Positions 16,267-27,117 of a stretch of DNA of 64,000 nucleotides are shown piece after piece (the stretch's first letter is position 1; each line of letters opens with the position of its first letter). Source of the DNA: Bacteroidales bacterium (GTDB taxonomy: Bacteria > Bacteroidota > Bacteroidia > Bacteroidales > GCA-2748055). Both the position numbers and the translations under genes were made by a program. The notes beneath the pieces were generated by a model that was given only the letters and a program-made list of their open reading frames with translations, was not told the DNA's origin and searched no databases. The stretch is taken from contig JAFGWU010000005.1 in assembly GCA_016936975.1 (NCBI GenBank), forward strand, positions 18,327 through 82,326. The letters are read 5' to 3'.

Positions 16267-18693
16267 TTACAGGTTAGCCACGCGGATTATGTCGGCGAAC
16301 ACACCTGCTGCGGTAACATCGGCACCCGCTCCGTATCCTTTTACGATAAGGGGCAGTTCAAGATACCGGTCGCTGGTTATCATTATGATATTATTGCTAG
16401 CTTCAAGCGGGTAAGCCGGATGCGAAGGATCAACCGCGACCAGTCCCATCTTTCCTTTTCCTTCATTGATGGAGGCGATATACCGCCATTTTTTGCCCTC
16501 CGGTTCCAGCTTGATTCGTCGTTCTTCGAATTCCTTATCGAACCTCCTCAGTTTCTCCCAGAAATCCTCCAGGGTCCCTTCAAAAAGCGCATCGGGAAGA
16601 AAGGGCTCGATCCTGATATCGGTCTCTTCAAGCGGGTAGCCCGATTCCCTGGCCAGGATCAGCAATTTTCGCTTGACGTCTGTTCCGCTCAGGTCGACGC
16701 GCGGGTCGGGTTCGGAAAATCCCTTCTCCATGGCCATATGGACGGCCTTACTCAACGGGATCTCCCTGCTGATGACATTGAAGATGAAATTGAGCGTCCC
16801 GGAGACCACGGCATCCAGTTTCAATATCCTGTCGCCGCTTTTGATAAGGTCGTTAATGGTGCTTATTACAGGCAGACCGGCTGCAACGTTGGTTTCGAAA
16901 CTGAACTTCACGCCTTTCTGCAACGCTTTTTCCTTAAGATAGGCATATTGTTTGTAGGAAGAGCTGCAGGCTATCTTGTTGGCGGTTACCACTGAAACGT
17001 AACAATCGAATAGCCGGTCATACAGCTGAGCCACCTTCTCACTGGCCGTGCAGTCGATGAAGACCGAGTTGCGGAGATTGTTCTCACGAATCTGTTCCAC
17101 AAACCGGCCTGGATCCATTGGTTCACCTTTCTCCAGTTTTTCCTCGCAGGCAGATAGAGGTATCCCGTCGATATCAACAACCATTTTTTTACTGCTGGCC
17201 AATCCAACCAGGTTCACTTTCAGCTTCAGGGAATCCTCCAGTTTTTGTTGCTGGGACCGGATCTGTGATATCAGTTTCCTGCCGACATTTCCGACGCCGG
17301 CAAGATAAAGGTGCAGTTCCTTAAATTCTGAAAGGAAAAATCCTTCATGAATGGCATTCAAAGCTTTCTTCAGGCTATCCTGACCGATGACCACGGATAT
17401 ATTCAGCTCACTGGAACCCTGTGCCGTCGCTATAACGCTGATCCCGTTTCTGGCCAGTGATTTGAAAAGGGTGGCCGAGATTCCGGGGGTGTGTCTCATC
17501 TCCTCACCGACAATGGCTATAATGGAAAGGTTATTCAGAACCTCAATATCCATCTCCCTGCGATGCTCAATTTCGATGACAAACTCTTCGTTCAGGCCCT
17601 CCAGGGCAGCATTCGTATCCTGTGGATTTACGGCAAACGAGATCGTCATCTCGGACGAGGCCTGGGTTATAAGAATCACATTAACCCCTCTCTTTGCCAG
17701 GGCGGTGAATACCCGCATGGATGTACCGGTCTTTCCGACCATCCCGGTGCCCCTCACAGTGATCAGATCCACTTTATCGATGGAGGAGATGCCCTTGATA
17801 AGGTGCCCTCTCAATGGTGTCGCTTTCCCGGAAATGAGTGTTCCGGGATCATCGAGATTGAAGGTGTTGCGGACCCTGATGGGAATATGCTTCTGATAGA
17901 CCGGGGCCAGTGTGGGCGTATAGATTACCCTGGCTCCAAAATGCGATAGTTCCATGGCCTCTTCATAGCTCATGTTCTCTACCGTGTATGCTTTCGGGAC
18001 CATCTTGGGATCGGCTGTCATGAATCCGTTCACATCGGTCCATATCTCCAGGATTTCCGCATTCAGTGCTGCAGCCACAATGGCTGCGGTATAATCAGAA
18101 CCGCCGCGTCCGAGGGTGGTCGTCCTGCCATCCTGGTCCGAAGCAATAAATCCCGGCATGATCATGATCCCTGAGCGGCCCGGTAACTTGGTCCGCAGAA
18201 GATCGTTTGTAGTATTGAAATCAACCACCGCCTTACCAAAGTGGCTGTTTGTCCGGATCAAATCCCTGGAATCAACATATTCCGTGCCGGGGATGAAGCC
18301 CGTGATAATGGTTGCCGACAGACGTTCACCGAAGCTGAGCAGGACATCCAGTGTTTTATTACTGAGGTCCTGCAGCAGGAAAACACCCCGGAGGATTTCA
18401 TCGAACTCTTCCAGCATGTCTTCAACCTCTTTCAACAGGGGATCCTGCTGTATTTCATCAAACAGGTTCCTGACGGTGGCGGTGTGGCGCTGTTTAATGC
18501 TTTCGAATTTCTCCCTGTAAACGGGATCATGCCTGCCGGCCATCTCAGCCGTTTGAATAATCAGATCGGTAATACCACCGAATGCCGAAACGACGGCGAT
18601 GCTTCCCTCCTCGCAGGATTCCAGGATTTTTCTTACAATCCTGATGCTTTCAGGTGTTCCGACTGAGGTGCCGCCAAATTTCAATACCTTCAT
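16267..18693 (-). CDS. thrA: Bifunctional aspartokinase / homoserine dehydrogenase
   Basis: [12 protein letters not shown] kinase N-terminus, ACT-like middle region and a C-terminal homoserine dehydrogenase ([11 protein letters not shown]...[17 protein letters not shown]). Start moved to ATG 18693; the longer ORF would overlap fabD. Confidence 0.9.
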   Translation of the reverse strand: MKVLKFGGTSVGTPESIRIVRKILESCEEGSIAVVSAFGGITDLIIQTAEMAGRHDPVYREKFESIKQRHTATVRNLFDEIQQDPLLKEVEDMLEEFDEILRGVFLLQDLSNKTLDVLLSFGERLSATIITGFIPGTEYVDSRDLIRTNSHFGKAVVDFNTTNDLLRTKLPGRSGIMIMPGFIASDQDGRTTTLGRGGSDYTAAIVAAALNAEILEIWTDVNGFMTADPKMVPKAYTVENMSYEEAMELSHFGARVIYTPTLAPVYQKHIPIRVRNTFNLDDPGTLISGKATPLRGHLIKGISSIDKVDLITVRGTGMVGKTGTSMRVFTALAKRGVNVILITQASSEMTISFAVNPQDTNAALEGLNEEFVIEIEHRREMDIEVLNNLSIIAIVGEEMRHTPGISATLFKSLARNGISVIATAQGSSELNISVVIGQDSLKKALNAIHEGFFLSEFKELHLYLAGVGNVGRKLISQIRSQQQKLEDSLKLKVNLVGLASSKKMVVDIDGIPLSACEEKLEKGEPMDPGRFVEQIRENNLRNSVFIDCTASEKVAQLYDRLFDCYVSVVTANKIACSSSYKQYAYLKEKALQKGVKFSFETNVAAGLPVISTINDLIKSGDRILKLDAVVSGTLNFIFNVISREIPLSKAVHMAMEKGFSEPDPRVDLSGTDVKRKLLILARESGYPLEETDIRIEPFLPDALFEGTLEDFWEKLRRFDKEFEERRIKLEPEGKKWRYIASINEGKGKMGLVAVDPSHPAYPLEASNNIIMITSDRYLELPLIVKGYGAGADVTAAGVFADIIRVANL

Positions 18694-18751
18694 AAGCTCC
18701 TTATCATTTATTATTGAAGATCCCCCAGGGGATAAAGTTTTACGAACCGGT

Positions 18752-19630
18752 TCAGGATCCGGCACTGTAAACCGGTATTGCCGGATCGATCTTTTTAATC
18801 AGACCCTGGAGAACGTTGCCAGGACCAATTTCCGTAAAGGATGCAGCACCGGCGGCGATCATGTTTTTAACCGATTGCGTCCATTTCACCGGGGAGGTCA
18901 GCTGGGCAACCAGGTTCTTCCTGATGACTTCGGGATCGACTGAAGGTTGTGCGGTTGCATTCTGGTACACCGGGCAAACCGGTTTCTTGAAAGAGGCAGA
19001 GCGGATCGCATCCTCCAGTTCGGCTCTTGCCGATTCCATCAGCGGGGAATGAAAGGCCCCACCAACCTGGAGTTTAAGCGCCCTTTTTGCCCCGAGCTCC
19101 TTCAGTTTCTCAATGGCCAGATCGATACCCCGGAATGAACCTGAAATGACTATCTGGCCCGGACTGTTATAATTGGCCGGTACCACCACCTCATCGATGC
19201 CGGCACAAACCGTCTCCACCACCGCATCCTCCATCCCGATGATGGCCGCCATGGTGGATGGCTCTGTTTCACAGGCTTTCTGCATCGCCATGGCCCGCTT
19301 GGAAACCAGCATTAATCCGCTTTCAAATGACAGTGACCCATTTGCCACCAGGGCGGAAAACTCTCCCAGTGAATGACCCGCTACCATATCGGGATGAAAT
19401 TCCTCAAGGATCATGGCCAGAATGACCGAGTGGAGAAAGATGGCAGGCTGAGTGACCCTGGTCTGTTTGAGGTCCTCAGCAGTTCCTTCAAACATGACCT
19501 CCGTAATTCGGAATCCCAGTATCTGGTTTGCCTGTTCAAATAAAGTCCTTGCCTCGGGGTATTTTTCGAAAAGCTCTTTTCCCATTCCCGGGAACTGGGC
19601 ACCCTGTCCGGGAAATACATATGCTTTCAT
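18752..19630 (-). CDS. fabD: Malonyl-CoA:ACP transacylase
   Basis: [12 protein letters not shown] and the active-site motif [10 protein letters not shown]. 292 aa. Confidence 0.9.
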   Translation of the reverse strand: MKAYVFPGQGAQFPGMGKELFEKYPEARTLFEQANQILGFRITEVMFEGTAEDLKQTRVTQPAIFLHSVILAMILEEFHPDMVAGHSLGEFSALVANGSLSFESGLMLVSKRAMAMQKACETEPSTMAAIIGMEDAVVETVCAGIDEVVVPANYNSPGQIVISGSFRGIDLAIEKLKELGAKRALKLQVGGAFHSPLMESARAELEDAIRSASFKKPVCPVYQNATAQPSVDPEVIRKNLVAQLTSPVKWTQSVKNMIAAGAASFTEIGPGNVLQGLIKKIDPAIPVYSAGS

Positions 19631-19747
19631 ATAATATATGGATTAGATTTGGTAAAAATAAACACTATTCTTAAAAAAATCCCTTGGAAGATTTTGTTTT
19701 TACAATTGCGGTCAAAGTAATGGCCGTTGTGATACCGTGACTGAATA

Positions 19748-20386
19748 TCAGTGAAGATCAGCTCCGATGAGATGGATAAACTCCTCCCTGGTTTTGGATT
19801 CCTTTAGAAAAACTCCCGTAAAGGCAGAGGTGGTCGTAACGGAGTGCTGTTTCTGGATGCCTCTCATCACCATGCAGAGGTGGACCGCTTCGATAACCAC
19901 TGCAACACCAAGCGGCTGTAAAGTTTCCTGGATACAGTCGCGGATCTGCACCGTAAGCCGCTCCTGAACCTGCAACCTGCGCGCAAAGGCATCTGCCACC
20001 CTGGCAATCTTGCTCAGTCCGGTAATGTAACCATTAGGAATATAAGCAATATGGGCCTTCCCGATAAAAGGAAGCATATGATGTTCGCACATGGAATAGA
20101 TTTCAATATCCTTAACCAGCACCATCTCGCTGTAATCTTCTCTGAACATGGCCGAACGGAGTATCTGGGTCGGATCGGCTCCGTATCCCTTTGTAAGAAA
20201 GAGCATGGCTTTTGCAACCCGCACGGGCGTTTTCTCAAGTCCTTCCCGGAGGGGATCTTCCCCGATGATTTTCAGGATTTCCCTGTAATGGCCGGTAAGC
20301 TCGGAAGTGGTTCTTTCGTTCCATTCCTCAATATTATCGTAACCACCGTTGTTATTTTTTCCTGAGCCACTGTTTATTATTTTCAT
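19748..20386 (-). CDS. folE: GTP cyclohydrolase I
   Basis: [19 protein letters not shown] and a [10 protein letters not shown]-type C-terminal motif. Confidence 0.9.
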   Translation of the reverse strand: MKIINSGSGKNNNGGYDNIEEWNERTTSELTGHYREILKIIGEDPLREGLEKTPVRVAKAMLFLTKGYGADPTQILRSAMFREDYSEMVLVKDIEIYSMCEHHMLPFIGKAHIAYIPNGYITGLSKIARVADAFARRLQVQERLTVQIRDCIQETLQPLGVAVVIEAVHLCMVMRGIQKQHSVTTTSAFTGVFLKESKTREEFIHLIGADLH

Positions 20387-20456
20387 AGGATATAGATTTT
20401 ACCGGATTGTCTGCGAATTTTCCATTTGACCTTTCCCGGGGGTGATTTCCGTTCCA

Positions 20457-20870
20457 TCATTTGCCGAAATACTCAGCGAAATTATTTTCTGTTTCCTGAA
20501 TCCTTACGGAATGGAGCTCCACTCCCAGGGCCTTCACATGCGGATCCAGCTGTTCCCAGATGCCCATGGCAAGATTCTCCGTTGAGATATATTTTTCCTT
20601 CAGGAAATCCACTTCCACATTCAGGTTCTTATGGTCAATTTTATCAATCACCTCTTCTCTGATCAGACGGCTCAGCTTTTTAAGGTCCACCACATACCCC
20701 GTGCCGGGATTGACTTTTCCTTTAATGGTAACCCAGAGTACATAATTATGCCCGTGCCAGTTGGGATTGGAGCAGGGGCCGTACAATTCAAAGTTCTCCT
20801 CGTCGGAAAGGGCTGGATTGTAAAGCCGGTGCGCTGCGCTGAAACGTTCTCTTCGGGTAAGGTAGATCAT
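20457..20870 (-). CDS. queD: 6-carboxy-5,6,7,8-tetrahydropterin synthase / 6-pyruvoyl-tetrahydropterin synthase family
   Basis: 137 aa with RFSAAHRL and CSNPNWHGHNY (Cys and His triad region). Adjacent to folE. Confidence 0.8.
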   Translation of the reverse strand: MIYLTRRERFSAAHRLYNPALSDEENFELYGPCSNPNWHGHNYVLWVTIKGKVNPGTGYVVDLKKLSRLIREEVIDKIDHKNLNVEVDFLKEKYISTENLAMGIWEQLDPHVKALGVELHSVRIQETENNFAEYFGK

Positions 20871-21037
20871 AGGTTATAATGTTATTACAAATAAACAAAA
20901 TTATTTAATAATAATGTAAAATAGGCGACAGGAGAGAGACGATAGCCTGCAGCCTGTCGATTGTCTTTTCCCTGATTACAGAATATTATAACCTGAGAAT
21001 TCTGTAAATGTTAGACTCCAACACTTATATTTGCATT

Positions 21038-22003
21038 ATGATAGTAGTAACGGGAGCAGCAGGATTCATCGGCAGCAATATTGTTGCCGGTCTGAACCGG
21101 AGAAATTACCGGGATATTGTGATGGTTGACGCGTTCAACCGACCGGAGAAAATCCGTAATTATGAATCGAAGATTTATACTGCCCTGGTGGAGCGTTCGG
21201 AATTCATGGAGTGGCTGGAGCGGAATAACCGGTTTGTGCAGATGATAATCCATATGGGCGCCAGAACTGATACGACGGAGTTCAACCAGGATGTTTTCAG
21301 AAAGCTGAACCTCGACTATTCAAAAATGATCTTCAGGGCCTGTGTGGAGTATGGATTACCGCTGATTTATGCCAGCTCAGCCGCCACCTATGGGATGGGG
21401 GAGCTCGGATATGACGATTCGCATGAAATCATTCCGGAGCTGAAACCGCTTAATCCTTACGGGGAATCAAAGAATGAATTCGATAAATGGGTCCTCATGC
21501 AGGAGGAACATCCGTTTTTCTGGGCGGGACTGAAGTTTTTTAACGTTTTCGGACCCAACGAGTATCATAAGGGACGGATGGCTTCGGTGGTTTACCATGC
21601 ATTCAACCAGATTAAAGAGACAGGGAGAATGAAGCTATTCCGGTCACATCGTCCGGATTTCAGGGATGGGGAGCAGCGCCGTGATTTCATCTATGTTAAG
21701 GATGTGGTGGATGTGATACTCTACCTGATGGAGGGGCGCCCGGATTCCGGGATCTACAATCTCGGATCGGGCAGGGCATCCACATTCATCGACCTGGTAA
21801 CCTTTACGTTCCGGGCAATGGGTAAGGAACCGGATATCCAATTCATTGACACCCCCGAAGATATTAGGGATACCTACCAGTACTTTACCGAGGCCGGAAT
21901 GACAAAACTGAGGGCGGCCGGTTACACCAGACCGTTCCGCACCCTTGAGGAAGGGGTAACGGAATATGTGAGGGATTACCTTTCGGAAGGGCTCAGGTCA
22001 TAG
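21038..22003 (+). CDS. hldD: ADP-L-glycero-D-manno-heptose 6-epimerase (SDR family)
   Basis: MIVVTGAAGFIGSN Rossmann start, SSAATYG and YGESK (YxxxK). Start moved to ATG 21038. Confidence 0.8.
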   Translation: MIVVTGAAGFIGSNIVAGLNRRNYRDIVMVDAFNRPEKIRNYESKIYTALVERSEFMEWLERNNRFVQMIIHMGARTDTTEFNQDVFRKLNLDYSKMIFRACVEYGLPLIYASSAATYGMGELGYDDSHEIIPELKPLNPYGESKNEFDKWVLMQEEHPFFWAGLKFFNVFGPNEYHKGRMASVVYHAFNQIKETGRMKLFRSHRPDFRDGEQRRDFIYVKDVVDVILYLMEGRPDSGIYNLGSGRASTFIDLVTFTFRAMGKEPDIQFIDTPEDIRDTYQYFTEAGMTKLRAAGYTRPFRTLEEGVTEYVRDYLSEGLRS

Positions 22004-22044
22004 GTCATAGCTCGCAGGGAGGGGCGTATAGAATATCGAACACC

Positions 22045-22093
22045 GATTAACGATTTAAGATTTAAGGTTCAAGGATTAAGGGTTCGGTTCGGG
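22045..22093. repeat. Imperfect heptamer tandem repeat (about 7 units)
   Basis: gattaac gatttaa gatttaa ggttcaa ggattaa gggttcg gttcggg, read directly in the hldD/DUF1858 convergent intergenic region. Followed by the direct 9-mer repeat tttacagac x2 (22107-22124). Confidence 0.6.
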
Positions 22094-22116
22094 ATGACTT
22101 TCCGAATTTACAGACT

Positions 22117-22317
22117 TTACAGACGCTCCAGGTCCCTGACAAATCCTTCAATCTCTGCATCACTGAATCCCTTCTCCTTCGCGGCCTCTTCCAGGGTTCC
22201 CCAGATCGGTTCCCCGCAGGCGATGCATTTTATGCCTTTATCGCTCAAATATTTAACCGATGAAACCTTTAAGGTGACCAGATCTTCTATGGTGATATTT
22301 TTGGTGATTTTCATCAA
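22117..22317 (-). CDS. DUF1858-like small protein
   Basis: 66 aa. ITIEDLV...YLSDKGIKCIACGEPIWGTLEEAAKEKG resembles the DUF1858 family (from memory of the family). Confidence 0.6.
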   Translation of the reverse strand: MMKITKNITIEDLVTLKVSSVKYLSDKGIKCIACGEPIWGTLEEAAKEKGFSDAEIEGFVRDLERL

Positions 22318-22385
22318 TTCCCTTATTTTAACAACCTGTTTATGCTGATGTCGGTTTTTATTATCTGCAAATTTAATGTTTAATT

Positions 22386-22946
22386 ATGAAGCTTGAGAGG
22401 CAAAAAGCAATCGAATTACTGAAGCAGTATGTGAAAAATGAGAAGATGATCATCCACAGCCTGGAGTCGGAGGCGGTTATGAGGGCCCTTGCCAGGCGGC
22501 TGGGGAGGGATGAGGAGAAGTGGGGCCTGACCGGGCTCCTTCATGATATCGATGTGGAGATTACCGATGCCGATCCAAAGGTACATGCGCTGAAGGCGGA
22601 GATGTTGCTGGAAGATTACGATCTTGATGGGGATATGCTTGATGCCATCAGGATGCATAATGAAGAGGCCACCGGGCTGGCGCGAACCACGGAGTTTCAG
22701 CATGCACTGGCTGCAGGGGAAACCATTACGGGACTTATCCATGCCACCGCCCTGGTGTATCCCGACAGGAAGATAGAACCGGTGAAAGTCAAATCGATCA
22801 GCAAACGAATGAAGGAGAAAGCGTTTGCGGCCAGTGTCAGGCGGGAGAATATTATGGAGTGTGAGAAGATCGGGCTGACCCTTGATGAGTTCATCGAGAT
22901 CTCCCTGGATGCCATGAAGGGGATTGCCCATCAGATCGGGCTGTGA
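22386..22946 (+). CDS. HD-domain metal-dependent phosphohydrolase
   Basis: 186 aa. H...GLLHDID motif with downstream His residues (RMHNEE). Confidence 0.7.
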   Translation: MKLERQKAIELLKQYVKNEKMIIHSLESEAVMRALARRLGRDEEKWGLTGLLHDIDVEITDADPKVHALKAEMLLEDYDLDGDMLDAIRMHNEEATGLARTTEFQHALAAGETITGLIHATALVYPDRKIEPVKVKSISKRMKEKAFAASVRRENIMECEKIGLTLDEFIEISLDAMKGIAHQIGL

Positions 22947-23054
22947 CAATATCCAATTATTAACACCCGGCACCCAAAGATCAGGTTAAAATCTCCTGAT
23001 TTCCGGATGTTGTTATTGGATTTTGTTTATTGGTTTTTGTTTTTTGGGTTTTGT

Positions 23055-24341
23055 TCATTGGGCATTGGACCTCACAACCTGGTGTCCGATCAGGCGGTCG
23101 AAACGTTCACCTGGCCCAAAGTGGTAGAAAAGAACCAGGTATTCATTTTCCGTTTCGAAATGACTTCCTTCTATTGCTGAAATATCGATTTCTGAGGAGC
23201 TCTCCGGGATAAAGACATAACGATAATTGTAAACCCCCTGTTTCAACAGGAGTGTTTTCATATACGCTTCCTGGTCAGCATCATACTCCATCCTGTTCTC
23301 ATCGCCAAATTGCCAGTTTGTGAGGGCGCCTGCAATGTATACCGAACCCTGGCCCGGAGGGAACGCCATATTCAGCCGGAAGTGGACAAATACATAATCG
23401 GCATCGACATCAGGATCTGATCCTTCCTCAGATTCAATAAAGAACCGGCCATTCATGTCCTCTCTTGAAAAATAGAGGTGTGCCTTATTGGGTTCATCCG
23501 GCTTCAGGGTAAAATGGAAATATGGCGATATGTAATCTATGGATTGCACGTAATAGGTTGGGATACGGGTATTTTTTGTATCAAAGAGCCGGAATTCATT
23601 CCCTCCCATGAAGATGTTTTCCTGCTGGTAGTCGTATACCAGTTCACCCTCATTTACTATCAGCGGACGGAGACCGGATATATTCAGGTCCCAGATGCCG
23701 TTCTGGTAAATGAAGACTTTCGGTTCACTGTAGGGATCGCTGATGGGGAAGTTGGAGTGATTGACCGTAAAATCAATCTCCTGGCAGCATCCCCTGTACA
23801 TGTTCAATTCCGGAATCTTCGCTTTGCCCTCAATGCTGACGATCCCTTCGGTAATCATAAAGCGGCGCGTCAGTACAACAGATGATTCGTCATAATCGCG
23901 ATACACAATGAGCAGATAGTTCCCGGATATTTTAAAGCGGAGTTCTTCATTCGGAAATTGAAGCGTATAGTGGGTATAGTTATAATACGTGCTGAAGGAG
24001 GTCCTGTAATCCCTGATGACATTCTCGGGAAATCCTTCCATGACCTCCTGATCGGAAAGTTCCGAGGGGGTCCAGTCGGCATTGCAATGAACGATTTTGT
24101 AGTTAAATTGGGATGGATGATCCAGCAACTCGTCGAACTCCAGTACCAGCGGGATATCATTTTCTTTTCTTGTCACCGGGTAGCTCAGTGGCCATCCCTC
24201 CCGGTAGAGCTGGACGCTTTTGATGTCTGCATCCAGGATGAGTTCCCGGCCACAGCCTCTTTCGTCGAGATAAACCGCCTGGCCTTTTAATCCGACGGTT
24301 CCCGACAGAACCAAAGCACTGAGAATAATCATTTTTTTCAT
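23055..24341 (-). CDS. DUF5103 / type IX secretion plug-like protein
   Basis: Signal peptide MKKMIILSALVLSGTVGLKGQ. IKSVQLYREGWPLSYPV and YKIVHCNADWTPSEL resemble DUF5103 (T9SS plug first domain) as I remember it. Start moved to ATG 24341. Confidence 0.5.
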   Translation of the reverse strand: MKKMIILSALVLSGTVGLKGQAVYLDERGCGRELILDADIKSVQLYREGWPLSYPVTRKENDIPLVLEFDELLDHPSQFNYKIVHCNADWTPSELSDQEVMEGFPENVIRDYRTSFSTYYNYTHYTLQFPNEELRFKISGNYLLIVYRDYDESSVVLTRRFMITEGIVSIEGKAKIPELNMYRGCCQEIDFTVNHSNFPISDPYSEPKVFIYQNGIWDLNISGLRPLIVNEGELVYDYQQENIFMGGNEFRLFDTKNTRIPTYYVQSIDYISPYFHFTLKPDEPNKAHLYFSREDMNGRFFIESEEGSDPDVDADYVFVHFRLNMAFPPGQGSVYIAGALTNWQFGDENRMEYDADQEAYMKTLLLKQGVYNYRYVFIPESSSEIDISAIEGSHFETENEYLVLFYHFGPGERFDRLIGHQVVRSNAQ

Positions 24342-24491
24342 ATCGTTTGTCTTATGCATTTCACCCCGCACCTTTCTCTGCAAATTGTGTTCCAATGTGT
24401 TCTTTAACAACTTCTGAGGGAGCATGATCCTACAGGATAAATATTTATTAATTTACAAATCTTAATTTTTGTATATGCGGCTGTTCCAGCG

Positions 24492-24521
24492 TTTGCCAAT
24501 TCACAAAAATACCTATTTTTG
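24492..24521 (+). promoter_or_regulatory. Candidate Bacteroidota promoter for the nqr operon (-33 TTTG, 18-nt spacer, -7 TATTTTTG)
   Basis: TTTG at 24492-24495 and TATTTTTG (TAnnTTTG) at 24514-24521, 32 nt upstream of the nqrA ATG. Confidence 0.4.
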
Positions 24522-24552
24522 TTTCTTTACATGAATAAGTAACCTGAACGTA

Positions 24553-25905
24553 ATGTCTGAAGTCATAAAAATCAAGAAAGGGTTAAATATCAAACTGAAA
24601 GGAGAGGCAGATAAAATCCGTGTGCAGGCTCCCAGGTCCGCCACCTACGCGGTAAAACCGGTTGATTTCCAATCGCTCACGCCCAAAATTGATGCCAGGC
24701 CATGTGATGAAGTCAAGGTTGGAACCACTCTGTTCCACGATAAGTATCGTCCGGAGATCCGGTATTCCTCCCCGGTAAGCGGCAAGGTATTATCGATTCT
24801 CAGGGGAGAGCGCAGGCGCATCATATCGGTAGTTGTCGAGGATGACGGTAAGGATACCATGGAGACTTTCCTGAAGGGAAATCCAAACGATCTGACCAGG
24901 GAACAGATCATTAAAAATTTGCTGGATAGCGGGATGTGGCCGATGATCAGGCAGCGACCGTTCAATATTGTGGCCAATCCGCAGGATGTTCCCAAATCGA
25001 TTTTTATTTCCGGTTTCGATACCGCCCCGCTGGCCCCGGATTACGATTATATTATGAAGGATCAGCTGGAGGATTTTCAATGGGGTATCGATGCCCTTAG
25101 GAAACTCACCAGCGGGAAAATTCACCTGAACCAGAGTGCCAATTATCCTGTGGTAAATACGTTCAGAAACATCAGGAATGTACAGATCAACAGCTTTTCG
25201 GGACCGCATCCTGCCGGAAATGCAGGCATCCAGATTCACCATATCGATCCGATCAACAAAAATGAGCGGGTCTGGATTGTTCAGCCCCAGGAAGTGTCTG
25301 CCATTGGACGATTGTTCAGGAGCGGCAACTATGATCCGAAAATGATTGTGGCCCTGACCGGTTCGGAGGTTAAAAAGCCGCTGTATTACCGTGTCATCCG
25401 CGGGGCAGAGGTATCCACCATCTTGCAGGACAACGTCGGAGAGGGGGATGTGCGGTACATCAGCGGGAATGTGCTGAGCGGCCGGCAGGTCCCGGCAGAT
25501 GGTCATCTTGGTTATTATGCCTATCAGCTGACAGTGATTCCCGAAGGGAAGCATCATGAAATGTTCGGATGGATAAAGCCGGGATTATCCAAATTTTCAG
25601 CTTCCCGCACCTTCCTGTCATGGATGATACCGAACCGTAAATACAGGCTGGATACCAATATGCATGGAGGGGAGAGGGCTTTTGTGATGACCGGCGAATA
25701 TAATAAGGTTCTGCCCATGAATATCCTCCCGGTTCAGCTGCTCAAATCCATTCTGGTGGAAGATATCGACAGGATGGAACAGCTGGGGATTTACGAGGTC
25801 TGCGAGGAGGATCTCGCGCTTTGCGAGTTCGTCTGTACTTCCAAAACACCGGTAACGGCAATATTAAGGAAGGGACTGGATACCATCAGGAAAGAAATGG
25901 AATAG
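24553..25905 (+). CDS. nqrA: Na+-translocating NADH:quinone reductase subunit A
   Basis: 450 aa, first gene of a six-gene nqr operon. Typical IKKGLNIKLKGEA start. Confidence 0.9.
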   Translation: MSEVIKIKKGLNIKLKGEADKIRVQAPRSATYAVKPVDFQSLTPKIDARPCDEVKVGTTLFHDKYRPEIRYSSPVSGKVLSILRGERRRIISVVVEDDGKDTMETFLKGNPNDLTREQIIKNLLDSGMWPMIRQRPFNIVANPQDVPKSIFISGFDTAPLAPDYDYIMKDQLEDFQWGIDALRKLTSGKIHLNQSANYPVVNTFRNIRNVQINSFSGPHPAGNAGIQIHHIDPINKNERVWIVQPQEVSAIGRLFRSGNYDPKMIVALTGSEVKKPLYYRVIRGAEVSTILQDNVGEGDVRYISGNVLSGRQVPADGHLGYYAYQLTVIPEGKHHEMFGWIKPGLSKFSASRTFLSWMIPNRKYRLDTNMHGGERAFVMTGEYNKVLPMNILPVQLLKSILVEDIDRMEQLGIYEVCEEDLALCEFVCTSKTPVTAILRKGLDTIRKEME

Positions 25906-25930
25906 AAACAACTATTTTCAAGAATACAAA

Positions 25931-27112
25931 ATGAGTGCTCTTAGACGATTCGTTGACAAAATCAAACCACATTTTGTTAAGGGAGGGAGATTTTCAATGT
26001 TCCAGTCCACATTTGAAGGATTTGAAACATTTCTCTTTGTTCCCGACACCGTAACCAGCGGGAGTGTACACATCAGGGACGGGAACGATATGAAACGGAC
26101 CATGATTATGGTGGTCCTTGCATTGATCCCTGCATTGCTGTTCGGAATCTGGAACACCGGGTACCAGCATTTTCTCGCTGTCGGTCAGGAAGCCGGTTTC
26201 TGGCAGATGGTCTGGTTCGGTTTCCTTAAGGTGTTACCCATCATCATTGTTTCTTATGTTGTCGGGCTGGGGATAGAATTTACCTTTGCACAGATCAGGG
26301 GGCATGAGATCAATGAAGGGTTCCTGGTTACGGGGATGCTGATTCCGCTCGTTGTGCCGGTTGATGTCCCCTTATGGATGGTTGCCCTCGCCACCGCCTT
26401 TGCCGTGATTATCGGAAAGGAGGTTTTTGGGGGTACGGGAATGAATATTTTGAACCCGGCATTGACAGCCAGGGCCTTCCTGTTTTTTGCCTATCCCGGT
26501 GATATGTCCGGCGATAAGGTATGGATCGAGGGACTGAAGAACGGAGAGGGGATCGTTGACGGATTTTCAGGAGCAACCTTACTCGGACAGGCCGCCCAGA
26601 ACCAGACCACCTTTCTCAACGGTATCGGCGAACCGATTACCCCTTTTCAGATGTTCCTCGGCAATATACCGGGATCAATCGGGGAAACTTCCACCCTGGC
26701 TATTCTCCTTGGGGCATTTCTATTGATCTATACAGGTGTGGGAAGCTGGAAGATCATCCTCTCCGTCTTTGCCGGTGGTGCTTTAATGGGATGGATCCTG
26801 AATATTTTTGCCGTCAATGAATTCATGGCCCTTCCGTTCTGGCAGCATCTTATACTCGGTGGATTTGCATTCGGTGCCGTATTCATGGCAACGGATCCGG
26901 TTACCGCCGCACAGACGGAGAGGGGGAAGTGGATATATGGTTTTCTTATAGGAGTCCTTGCCATTCTTATCAGGGTACTCAATCCTGCCTATCCCGAAGG
27001 GGTGATGCTGGCCATTTTGTTTATGAATGTTTTTTCACCCCTTATCGATCATTACGTGATCGAAGCAAACATCAGGAAGCGGTTAAAACGTGCTAAAGTT
27101 CAAGCAAATTAA
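25931..27112 (+). CDS. nqrB: Na+-NQR subunit B
   Basis: Polytopic membrane protein with the flavinylation motif GFSGATLLG. Confidence 0.9.
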   Translation: MSALRRFVDKIKPHFVKGGRFSMFQSTFEGFETFLFVPDTVTSGSVHIRDGNDMKRTMIMVVLALIPALLFGIWNTGYQHFLAVGQEAGFWQMVWFGFLKVLPIIIVSYVVGLGIEFTFAQIRGHEINEGFLVTGMLIPLVVPVDVPLWMVALATAFAVIIGKEVFGGTGMNILNPALTARAFLFFAYPGDMSGDKVWIEGLKNGEGIVDGFSGATLLGQAAQNQTTFLNGIGEPITPFQMFLGNIPGSIGETSTLAILLGAFLLIYTGVGSWKIILSVFAGGALMGWILNIFAVNEFMALPFWQHLILGGFAFGAVFMATDPVTAAQTERGKWIYGFLIGVLAILIRVLNPAYPEGVMLAILFMNVFSPLIDHYVIEANIRKRLKRAKVQAN

Positions 27113-27117
27113 GCGAT

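Noticed and set aside
18694-18765. A 24-codon extension of thrA overlapping the fabD 3' end.
   Set aside because: The conserved aspartokinase start [12 protein letters not shown] begins at ATG 18693. The extension has no homology-like character.
20871-21037. A possible preQ1 riboswitch or other leader upstream of queD, and a 7-bp hairpin CGACAGG-N20-CCTGTCG at 20926-20959.
   Set aside because: I could not recognise the preQ1-I/II consensus on the minus strand. The hairpin is short with a large loop, in a divergent promoter region. This is insufficient evidence for an RNA element.
22045-22093. A CRISPR-like array.
   Set aside because: The units are only 7 nt with no spacers and no cas genes. 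It is a simple tandem repeat.
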